Below, one piece after another: positions 1-7,585 of a DNA stretch of 64,000 nucleotides. Positions within the stretch are counted from its first letter, which is position 1; each line of letters opens with the position of its first letter. The DNA is from Chloroflexota bacterium. GTDB taxonomy: Bacteria; Chloroflexota; Dehalococcoidia; Lucifugimonadales; JADFKI01. The stretch lies in contig JAQBUT010000012.1 in the NCBI GenBank assembly GCA_027623195.1, positions 1 through 64,000 of the forward strand. The letters are read 5' to 3'. The notes below the pieces were generated by a model. The model made no database searches. It was not told where the DNA came from and saw nothing but the letters and a program-made list of their open reading frames with translations. The position numbers and the translations under genes were made by a program.

Positions 1-148
1 ATTTTCCTGCTCCTTTATTTCTGTCATTTTAGGAGCGGGACTCTCTCTTAGCTACCTGTCTAAAAAACCGATACCACCTCAATCAGGACCGACTTGCAGA
101 AGGGCGCATTGCAACTCATAGCCTAGTCGTATTTAATTCGGTTAACCG

Positions 149-181
149 AAGGGGCGGACCAGTTGGTCCGCCCTTTTTTTT
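149..181 (+). terminator. Intrinsic terminator for an upstream gene mostly outside the window
   Basis: GGGCGGACC-AGTT-GGTCCGCCC perfect stem followed by a T8 run. Confidence 0.85.
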
Positions 182-489
182 GCCCAGGTCGCGAATTACA
201 AGCCACGATTCTCACTCACGTATATGTTCAGTCGGAACCTGCCTGAATAGCCTCTGAAACCGCTCCCGAATTCCTGAGCAGAAATGTATACGTTCTGGGG
301 TTCGATGTTGTAGGATTAGGACCGAAAATGTCCGTGGATGGGCCGCCGATATCGAAATACCTTTACCACGTATCTACCTAATGCACGGCAATGACCGTCG
401 CTTTTGAACCAGGCGTGAACAGCGCCGGCTGGTGGCCATTTTTCATGGCCGAAGATATTGTGAAATCCCGTTGCAGATAACGCTGTAGA

Positions 490-834
490 GTGGTTGTGAA
501 AATGGTTCATGCTGACCCTAACCGGTGGGTCTGGTGGTACAAGCCTACGGAAACCCCCCAGAAGGGCCTTTACAGCGTAATGGTGCCTGGTCGTTTGCAA
601 GATGATGGCCGGACCGTGCATGGCGCCATTGCATTTTTCAAGGAGTTCGGTCGGGTGATGTTCGAGGGGAATGCTGTGCTGGACTGCCGTGCGGGTGGCA
701 CTGGAGCGATTCTATTTGCGCCAGGGGAGCTAATCAATTGTCCCAGATGTATGGCCGTAGATGCGCCGATTGTGTTTGATAGGAAGGTGGTTCGAGAGAC
801 TTTTGGTCCTCAGCCGCCGGTGGTGTTAAGCTGA
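490..834 (+). CDS. Hypothetical protein (114 aa)
   Basis: GTG-start ORF with protein-like composition and a CPRC motif; no family recognised. Confidence 0.5.
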   Translation: MVVKMVHADPNRWVWWYKPTETPQKGLYSVMVPGRLQDDGRTVHGAIAFFKEFGRVMFEGNAVLDCRAGGTGAILFAPGELINCPRCMAVDAPIVFDRKVVRETFGPQPPVVLS

Positions 835-861
835 GGGGCGTTTTTGCCTCTTCTGTCCTCT

Positions 862-1242
862 CTAGCCTGTAGACGCCAGGAGGCACCTCTCGACGGCGTG
901 AAGGCGCGCCAAGAGCTCTTCCTCCGGCATAGCCTGAGACACACAAATATCCGCTCCCTGCAATAGCGCATCCGGTGCGAATTCGCCTTCTCCACATACA
1001 GTCACTGCAATGATGTTATCTGTCAAAAGCCGCAGCATTGGAAGAAGGTTTTGGTTCTCTATTGGCATGACGCTGGGAAGTATGATTACGTCCGGATCGA
1101 CATCGGCGATCGTGGTAAAGAACTGGTCGACATCGTCTTCCTGGAAAATGCTGTAGTCGTGTCGGTCCAGCAGCTCTGCCAGTTCGAAACTGAATAGGCC
1201 ACCATCGTCTAGGATGCAAACAGTCCGGTTAAATGACATCAT
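862..1242 (-). CDS. Stand-alone atypical (pseudo-)receiver domain protein
   Basis: Receiver-fold pattern (ILDD, PDVIIL, ALLQGAD, EELLARL), but the phospho-acceptor Asp position is Pro and the conserved Lys is Gln. Confidence 0.7.
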   Translation of the reverse strand: MMSFNRTVCILDDGGLFSFELAELLDRHDYSIFQEDDVDQFFTTIADVDPDVIILPSVMPIENQNLLPMLRLLTDNIIAVTVCGEGEFAPDALLQGADICVSQAMPEEELLARLHAVERCLLASTG

Positions 1243-1269
1243 TTTATTAAGGCCTTGAAACCCCTGAGG

Positions 1270-1506
1270 CTAATGCCAGCCAACAATTACGCCGTGGTCG
1301 CGCTGTATGAGGGAAACGCGGTGCCCCTCGTCGCACCTGGTCTTTATGACCGATTTGCTGTTACCAGAAAATGGAGACAGGGCCAGTGACCGCCCTCCAC
1401 AATATGGACAGTTGATCTTGTAGACCATGCGCTCGCGGACTCGACGTATTTCGATGGTTTCCGTGGAGAGGTTCCCGTACTTAACAAATCTGGTTTTTGT
1501 AACCAT
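1270..1506 (-). CDS. Small zinc-ribbon-like hypothetical protein
   Basis: CPYC ... CDEGH metal-ligand pattern; co-oriented and directly upstream of the receiver gene. Confidence 0.5.
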   Translation of the reverse strand: MVTKTRFVKYGNLSTETIEIRRVRERMVYKINCPYCGGRSLALSPFSGNSKSVIKTRCDEGHRVSLIQRDHGVIVGWH

Positions 1507-1931
1507 TATCTTCTTCCCCGAAAAAATAGGCGACGTAAGTAAATATTTTGGCTAACCGTTTTGGGCTTGAGTTGTTAAAAATCAACTGGAACGACTAGGC
1601 CAAGTACCCAGCATTTTAAGAGACAGAGGTGGGATTTACAATCCATTTAGGTGCAAATTTTATACTATTTTAGTTTTAATTCAGATGTTTTGTTCTAATA
1701 GTATTCTAGCTTAATCTGAATAGCATTTCGAATGGCGGTAGGGCTTGCTATGCCGTAGTACTTTCCGGGGTTCACCGAGATTAATTGGGCGCAAACCGGG
1801 GCTATTGTAAAATTTCGACATCCGTCAGGTATGGCTCATTTGCGAGGGATGGCTTGGGACCAGATGAGATTGCAGCGGGTATCACCTTTAAGAGCCGTGG
1901 CCACGGTATAAAGGCAATTCTTGATGATGCC

Positions 1932-1960
1932 TTTAAGTCGTCATTTTGTTGTGCTATACT
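1932..1960 (+). promoter_or_regulatory. Putative sigma70 promoter with extended -10
   Basis: TTTAAG-17 bp-TATACT, with TG one base before the -10 hexamer (TGcTATACT). Confidence 0.45.
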
Positions 1961-1964
1961 CTCC

Positions 1965-2085
1965 GCAGAGGGTGTTCGCACCCCCTACAGGTCCCACCAG
2001 TCAATGTGTCTCTTCCGGGTCAAGAACTGCCGCTTGGGCTGGTGGGCCTATTTAACCCTCCCCCCAGCCGTCCTCTATTTTTTGC
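1965..2085 (+). ncRNA. Candidate structured small RNA (unassigned)
   Basis: Starts just after the promoter; GGGTG-TTCG-CACCC tetraloop hairpin, then a long stem CCCACCAGTC/GGCTGGTGGG, then a T-rich end. Confidence 0.4.
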
Positions 2086-2231
2086 TTTCTTATTTGTTTA
2101 GGCTATCGCTAACTTTCTAGTGCCCACTTTCTCCCAGTAGAGGCTCTTTGTCGCCCGCGTATAAGGGATTTTTGCGTGCGTAATTTTATGCCTCGTTGGG
2201 TAAAAAGGAAGAGGTGTGAGGAGGCCTTTGG

Positions 2232-2288
2232 ATGGCTAAAGAAAGAGGACCTGGAGAATTGGGTCCCAATAAAAAGATGAGCAGGTAA
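2232..2288 (+). CDS. Putative 18-aa peptide MAKERGPGELGPNKKMSR
   Basis: AGGAGG Shine-Dalgarno at 2219-2224 ahead of the ATG; the stop codon lies inside the 5' arm of the following hairpin. Confidence 0.25.
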   Translation: MAKERGPGELGPNKKMSR

Positions 2289-2319
2289 AATGACGGCGGA
2301 CCGCCGTTACCTGCTCATC
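2268..2319 (-). terminator. Long hairpin, probable minus-strand intrinsic terminator
   Basis: GATGAGCAGGTAA/TTACCTGCTCATC 13-bp inverted repeat with an inner ACGGCG/CGCCGT stem; followed by TTTTTATT on the minus strand. Confidence 0.6.
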
Positions 2320-2466
2320 GCCTCTTCCGGGTCAAGAAAAAGGCTTCCGGGACTGGTGTACGCGACCTTACCGGTCGGTCTGGTAAGGATAACACACGCC
2401 ATTAGACTTTTCTAGTTTTAATTTAATATTTCATTCAATTGAAGTATGTTTCGTTGAATTTGCCAT

Positions 2467-3096
2467 TCAGGCGATGTCTCCGAAAGATTTCGGAACAATA
2501 TCGTCGTGAAATGACAACTGGTCGGCAACGTCTTCGTGTCCTCTATCCGGAGGCAATTCCATTCCCATGCCGTCCGCCACTCTCACCAGGTAATTGAACA
2601 TGCCGGTGATATGCACTATGTCGACGATATCTTCGTCGCTCCAGCCGAATTCCCGCAGGTTGTCCACATGGCTTTGAGATGTGCTGGAAGGCGTAAAAGT
2701 TAGAAACTCCGCGAACTCAAGCATGGCAATCTGCTTCTCTGTCAGCCTAGCCTCTCGGTAGTTCTCACCAAACTGCTGCGCCAGTTGGGAATCGGGGTCC
2801 TGTTCGTGCAGAGCCTCTGCATGGGCGGTTGTTCAATACTGGCACTTGTTTAGGGCCGACACTACGGTGGCGATCATCTCTTTCTCGGCACTGGTCAGGC
2901 CTGATTTGCTCCTCATGACCGTGCGTAGGTGGGTCGCAAATGTTTCCATAATTTCCGGGCGAATCCCGTTTACGGCAAGCACGTTAGGCAGCTTTAAGTG
3001 GTGCCGGAGAATGGCGTCGTAGCCCAGCTTTATGTCTTCAGGCGCCTCGTCGTATTTGACGGTTCGTACGAATGCCAAATTCCCTACCTCGGCCAT
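2467..3096 (-). CDS. AhpD/carboxymuconolactone decarboxylase-family peroxidase-related selenoprotein (CxxU)
   Basis: ORFs 2833-3096 and 2467-2724 are in the same frame, separated only by one TGA (2833-2835) and 36 sense codons. Readthrough gives VSALNKCQY-U-TTAHAEAL, the AhpD CxxC...H motif with Sec replacing the second Cys. Confidence 0.85.
2807..2835 (-). promoter_or_regulatory. Bacterial SECIS element immediately 3' of the Sec codon
   Basis: UGA-11 nt-UGCAGA-GGC-UCUGCA: a stem with a G-initiated loop 17 nt after UGA, resembling the E. coli fdhF SECIS apical stem (UGCAGGUCUGCA). Confidence 0.7.
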
Positions 3097-3437
3097 TTAG
3101 TTATTAGAATAGGCATAATAATAGGGAATCCCTAAAATATTAACAATAATATTAAACAACACTCAAAAACAGTGAATTTATTTAAAATACGAATAGCGTG
3201 ACTAATTATTATTATTAAGACGGTTCAATTCCAAAAGAATCCTGAAAAGAGTCGTTTATCGGCGCATAAATCAGATATATATTTTCATGAAATTGGTTTG
3301 TCTTTACTCAAATTAGTCCCGTGGAAAACCTTTTTGCTCGTGTTTGCTAGGTAGCGGCGTTATAATGACACCCGTGTTGCAGCGTCCAGGACCTCCTGCA
3401 CCTCAAGCACACACAACTACAAGTTAAAGGACAGACT

Positions 3438-4442
3438 ATGCCCGACAAGCCTTATCTCGCTATCACTATGGGAGACCCCGCAGGAATAGGCCCAGAGGTC
3501 ACAGCCAAGGCACTTCAGGACAAGTGGGTGTACGACCACGTTCGGCCATTCGTTGTAGGAAGCACCGCTGCTATGAGCGATGCGCTTCGTCTTATTGGCG
3601 CGCCGGGGTCGGCCAGCCTGGCCCATACCCTGGAGGACGTGAAAGGCGAGTACGGCACCATCGACGTGCTGGATATGGAGAACCTGGATTACGGCTCTAT
3701 TGTGCCCGGCAAGATCTCTGCCGAGGCGGGCAGGGCCGTAGTGGAGTGGATACTTCGGGCCGGGGAGTTGGCTAGCTCCGGGCAAGTCCAGGCCATAGCA
3801 ACGGCGCCGATTAATAAAGAAGCCTGCAAGCTAGCGGGCCACACGGACATCGGCCACATGGAAATATTCCAGAGCCAGACTGGCGCCACACAGGTGGCCA
3901 CAATGCTCACGGCTCGGAACCTGCGAGTTGTGCATCTAACGACGCACAAGTCGGTAAGGGTTGCCTGCGACTTCGTGACCAAAGATAACGTGCTGGCTAA
4001 AATCAAGTTGACCGACGAATGCTTCAAGGAGTGGGGCTTCCCCAATCCGCGCATCGGCGTGGCAGCGTTGAATCCGCACGCCAGCGACGGCGGCCTGATC
4101 GGCGACGAGGAGGCCAATCACATCGCGCCGGCTGTGGCGGCTGCCCGAGAGATGGGAATCGATGCCACTGGCCCTGTGCCAGCCGACAGCGTTTTTCCTC
4201 AGGCCATTGATGGAAAATACGACGTAGTGCTGGCCATGTACCATGACCAGGGCCATATTCCAATCAAGGTTTACGACTTCTCCAAGAGCATTAGCGTGAA
4301 CCTGGGACTTCCGTTTATAAGGACATCTGTGGACCACGGCACGGCCTTCGACATTGCGGGCAAGGGCATTGCCGATGCAGAGAGCATGTTGGAGTGCATC
4401 AAGGTGGCCGTATCGCTGGCCAGCGAAAGCAAGCTGCCTTAG
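3438..4442 (+). CDS. pdxA: 4-hydroxythreonine-4-phosphate dehydrogenase PdxA (could be the PdxA2 catabolic paralog)
   Basis: MGDPAGIGPE, ALNPHA, AMYHDQG and RTSVDHGTAFDIAGKG motifs. Confidence 0.93.
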   Translation: MPDKPYLAITMGDPAGIGPEVTAKALQDKWVYDHVRPFVVGSTAAMSDALRLIGAPGSASLAHTLEDVKGEYGTIDVLDMENLDYGSIVPGKISAEAGRAVVEWILRAGELASSGQVQAIATAPINKEACKLAGHTDIGHMEIFQSQTGATQVATMLTARNLRVVHLTTHKSVRVACDFVTKDNVLAKIKLTDECFKEWGFPNPRIGVAALNPHASDGGLIGDEEANHIAPAVAAAREMGIDATGPVPADSVFPQAIDGKYDVVLAMYHDQGHIPIKVYDFSKSISVNLGLPFIRTSVDHGTAFDIAGKGIADAESMLECIKVAVSLASESKLP

Positions 4443-4444
4443 AG

Positions 4445-4496
4445 AGCAGTCAGACATTGGCTACCAGGTATTAGCATTATTCGCTGACTGCTGATT
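4445..4496. repeat. Intergenic palindromic element AGCAGTCAG...CTGACTGCTGATT (copy 1)
   Basis: Inverted arms at 4445-4453 and 4484-4492; related copy at 45845-45892. Confidence 0.65.
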
Positions 4497-4522
4497 ACTG
4501 TGAGCTAACAGCCGAGGAAACT

Positions 4523-5323
4523 ATGAAATTATCATTTATTGGCGGCGGGGTGATGGCGGAGGCCATCATAGGCGGCGTTATCGAGGGCGGAATCGCCTCA
4601 CCTGAAGAGGTGAGGGTTGGAGAGCCCGTAGCGGAACGCCGTGACGCAATGGAAGAGACGTATGGCCTGAAGGCATACGCCTCCAACAGCGACGTGCTGG
4701 AGGGCGCCGACCTGGTGGTCTTGGCCGTAAAGCCTCAGATCCTTCCGTACCTGTTGCCTGAGCTACAGACGGCGCTCAGACCGGAGCATACAGTGGCCTC
4801 CATTGTCGCTGGCGCTACCATGAAGACGTTGACTGAAGGCCTGATGCATAAGGCTGTAATTCGGATCATGCCGAACACGCCGGCCCAGATTGGCAGCGGC
4901 ATGAGCGTGTGGACGGCTTCTGATAGCGTGACCGAGGCGGCCAAAAAGGCTACGTCGCAGATACTGCGCACGTTGGGCGAAGAGGTTTACGTACCTGATG
5001 AGAAGCTGATTGATATGGCAACTGCTGTTAGCGCCAGCGGTCCTGCCTACGTGTTCTTGTTCATTGAGTCCATGATTGACGCCGCAGTGTACCTGGGTAT
5101 GGCCCGAGACATGGCTCGTCAATTGGTTTTGCAGACTGTCCTGGGCAGCACCGAGTTAGTCAAGCAGACGGGTCGCCATCCGGCCGACTTGAAGGACATG
5201 GTGACATCGCCGGGGGGTACGACTATCGAAGCGCTACGTTCGTTCGAAAGTCGTGGATTTCGGTCTGCGGTTTTCGAAGGCATCATAGCCGCATATGAGA
5301 AGTCAAAGGCGTTGGGGAGTTAG
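4523..5323 (+). CDS. proC: Pyrroline-5-carboxylate reductase
   Basis: IGGGVMA, LAVKPQ, RIMPNTP, SASGPAY and VTSPGGTT motifs. Confidence 0.95.
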   Translation: MKLSFIGGGVMAEAIIGGVIEGGIASPEEVRVGEPVAERRDAMEETYGLKAYASNSDVLEGADLVVLAVKPQILPYLLPELQTALRPEHTVASIVAGATMKTLTEGLMHKAVIRIMPNTPAQIGSGMSVWTASDSVTEAAKKATSQILRTLGEEVYVPDEKLIDMATAVSASGPAYVFLFIESMIDAAVYLGMARDMARQLVLQTVLGSTELVKQTGRHPADLKDMVTSPGGTTIEALRSFESRGFRSAVFEGIIAAYEKSKALGS

Positions 5324-5325
5324 AA

Positions 5326-5586
5326 TTGGCAGTATACCTGGTTCAATTTGTAAACCTGTTGGGGACGATCTTATACCTGGCCATGCTGGGTAGGGTAATT
5401 CTTTCCTGGGTTAACCTATCCACGACGAATCCGATAAGAGTTATCATTTTTCAGATAACGGAGCCGATTCTTTCGCCCATTCGACGAATACTGCCGCGTA
5501 TGGGGGCGTTGGACCTTTCGCCGATGATCGGCATTATCCTGATCCGAGTTGTTCAGGAGATCATAAAGAGGGTGATACAGATTTAG
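5326..5586 (+). CDS. yggT: YggT family membrane protein
   Basis: ILSW...ITEPILSPIRR...DLSP pattern; usual proC-yggT linkage. Confidence 0.9.
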   Translation: MAVYLVQFVNLLGTILYLAMLGRVILSWVNLSTTNPIRVIIFQITEPILSPIRRILPRMGALDLSPMIGIILIRVVQEIIKRVIQI

Positions 5587-5849
5587 ACCTGGTCCCGGGT
5601 CAGCCTGCCAATGACCTCTTTTAACGTTAGGTCTTCTATTTGAACAGTCTTGTCGCGGGCCCTTTGGCCGCGCACTATGCTAATTCGACCCTTGGCCAGC
5701 CCAAGCCTCTTGGCCAATAACGCCACCACCGCATCGTTGGCTTTGCCATCTTCCGGCACTGCCGTGACACGCACTGTTACCCTGTCGTCGCCATCTACTT
5801 CAATGGCGTTCCGCCTTGCCTTTGGTTGGACGCGTATGGTTAGCTGCAT
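5583..5849 (-). CDS. DUF167 (YggU/UPF0235) family protein
   Basis: VQPKA...VTAVPEDGKAN...RGQRARDK pattern. Confidence 0.88.
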   Translation of the reverse strand: MQLTIRVQPKARRNAIEVDGDDRVTVRVTAVPEDGKANDAVVALLAKRLGLAKGRISIVRGQRARDKTVQIEDLTLKEVIGRLTRDQV

Positions 5850-5854
5850 ACCAG

Positions 5855-6613
5855 TTACGCGTGGGCAAGCGCGCCGCCGTCCATGAAGATCATCTGACCT
5901 GTAACGAAGTCACAGGCGTCGGAGGCGAGGTACACCAGCAGCCCTGCCATATCCCTGGGGTGGCCCTTGCGGCGGGATGGCAGGTAGCGCACCAGCAGTT
6001 CCTTTTGGGATTCCTCGTTCGGCTCCTCGGTGCTGAACCAGCCGGCGCCGATTCCGTTAACCCGGACGCCTTTTCTGGACCACTCCAGCGCCAAGGCCAT
6101 GGTGAGCTGGTGTATGGCTCCCTGGGCTGCACAGGCCGCCACTGAATTCGACAGGCCGCGAACCGCCAGCGCAGAACCAATGTTTACGATGTGCCCACTG
6201 CCTTGCGCCAGCATTCGCTTGCCCACAGCCTGGCAGCAGAGATACGTGGACTTGACGTTGAAGTCCATGAGGGTCTGCCACTCGTCTTCGGTCACGCCTT
6301 CGAATGGCTTGGCGAAGTCGGCGTGGGCGTTATTCACAAGTATGTCAACTTTGCCCATCTCGGAGACTACACGCGCAACCATGGATTCGACCTGGGCGGA
6401 ATTAGTAGGGTCCGTGGATATGGTAAGGGCCTTACGCCCCAGGGACTCGACGGCCTTCGCGGCCTCGGCCATATCGGAGTTTTCCTTGCCCGCGATGGCC
6501 ACGTCTGCACCAGCCTCCGCCAGCGCGGATGCGAGCGTGGGCGTCCACCCTCTGCGGTCGGCAGTAATAATGGCGACCTTTCCGGTCAAATCCCATTCCT
6601 GTGGAATTGGCAT
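5855..6613 (-). CDS. SDR-family protein with degenerate catalytic motifs
   Basis: SDR fold (DLTGKVAII, VDILVNNA, VRVNGIGAG, VTGQMIFMDGG), but TGxxxGxG reads TADRRGWT and YxxxK reads ACAAQ. Confidence 0.85.
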   Translation of the reverse strand: MPIPQEWDLTGKVAIITADRRGWTPTLASALAEAGADVAIAGKENSDMAEAAKAVESLGRKALTISTDPTNSAQVESMVARVVSEMGKVDILVNNAHADFAKPFEGVTEDEWQTLMDFNVKSTYLCCQAVGKRMLAQGSGHIVNIGSALAVRGLSNSVAACAAQGAIHQLTMALALEWSRKGVRVNGIGAGWFSTEEPNEESQKELLVRYLPSRRKGHPRDMAGLLVYLASDACDFVTGQMIFMDGGALAHA

Positions 6614-6692
6614 TGTGTTTCCCTTCGGTAGTTATTAGTTTTTGGTTTTTAGTTAATAGACTCTCTAACAACTAGATACTAAGAACTGAGAA

Positions 6693-7496
6693 CTATATCT
6701 CCAGCGGTATCTCGGGGGCGTAACCTGTGGGCGCTAATCCGCCAGCAAGGCCTCCGCCATCGATGACGAATACCTCGCCATTCATGTAGTCCGACGATTC
6801 CGACGCCAGGAATACCGCCAGAGGCCCCATCTCCTGTGGGTAGCCCACTCGACCGATGGGGATGAACTCGCCACGGGGCAGGATGTCGTTGGATGCCGCC
6901 GTGCCCTCGGTGGGTATGTAGCCGGGCGCGATGCAGGCGGAGATGATGCCGAACCTGCTCATGCTGGTGGTTATGGTCCTAGTCAGTTGAACGACGCCGC
7001 CCTTGCCGCACGTGTACATATAGTTGTCGCGTCCGCCTCGAAAGCCGAAGCCTGAGGCCACGTTTATTATCTTGCCGCCGCCGCGCTCGATCATGTGCTG
7101 GGCGATGGCCCGAGAACAGTAGAAGGCGCCGGTCAAGTTGGTATCGATGCCGATATGCCAGTCCTCGTCGGATATATCCCATATGGGGATAGACCCCTGG
7201 CCTCGCACGATTCCAGCGTTGTTGAATAGGACGTCCACTTTGCCGAACTCGGCCAGTGCTTTGTCGAACAGGTTCTGCACCTGAGAAGAGTCCGTTACGT
7301 CGGTAGAGACGGCTATGGCCCTGCGACCCTCGGCCCTCACCAGGTCTGCCGTTTCGTCGATTGGGCCCTGCCTGCGGGACGCGATGGCCAGGTCTGCACC
7401 GGCCCGCGCCATGGCCACCGACATGTCCCTGCCCAGACCGGTGCCGCCGCCGGTGATGACGACCGTCCTGCCCTCAAGGCTTAACTTTTCCAGCAT
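6693..7496 (-). CDS. SDR family NAD(P)-dependent oxidoreductase
   Basis: TGGGTGLG, NNAG, catalytic Ser and YTCGK all intact. Confidence 0.93.
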   Translation of the reverse strand: MLEKLSLEGRTVVITGGGTGLGRDMSVAMARAGADLAIASRRQGPIDETADLVRAEGRRAIAVSTDVTDSSQVQNLFDKALAEFGKVDVLFNNAGIVRGQGSIPIWDISDEDWHIGIDTNLTGAFYCSRAIAQHMIERGGGKIINVASGFGFRGGRDNYMYTCGKGGVVQLTRTITTSMSRFGIISACIAPGYIPTEGTAASNDILPRGEFIPIGRVGYPQEMGPLAVFLASESSDYMNGEVFVIDGGGLAGGLAPTGYAPEIPLEI

Positions 7497-7585
7497 CTTT
7501 TGTCCTCCGTATATGTGTGAAAAGAATTAAGTATCCCTTTAGTGGGACCCTGGCCGCCAGTCTAAATTGTCCTGTATGTCCACCA

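Larger units (their letters stand above)
2010..2338. repeat. Identical 17-nt direct repeat CTCTTCCGGGTCAAGAA (2010-2026 and 2322-2338)
   Basis: Exact match read from the sequence; a shorter CTTCCGGG copy lies at 2344-2351. Confidence 0.9.

Noticed and set aside
219..298. Two GTATAYGTTC repeats as LexA boxes
   Set aside because: Only the GTTC half is present; no GAAC-N4-GTTC palindrome.
1785..1810. GGGCGCAAA resembling part of a c-di-GMP-I riboswitch
   Set aside because: The upstream GGCAAA/GAAA stem and the downstream P1 partner are missing.
2005..2030. CCGGAAG on the minus strand resembling the SRP RNA helix 8 loop
   Set aside because: The flanking CAGG and AGCA conserved bases are absent.
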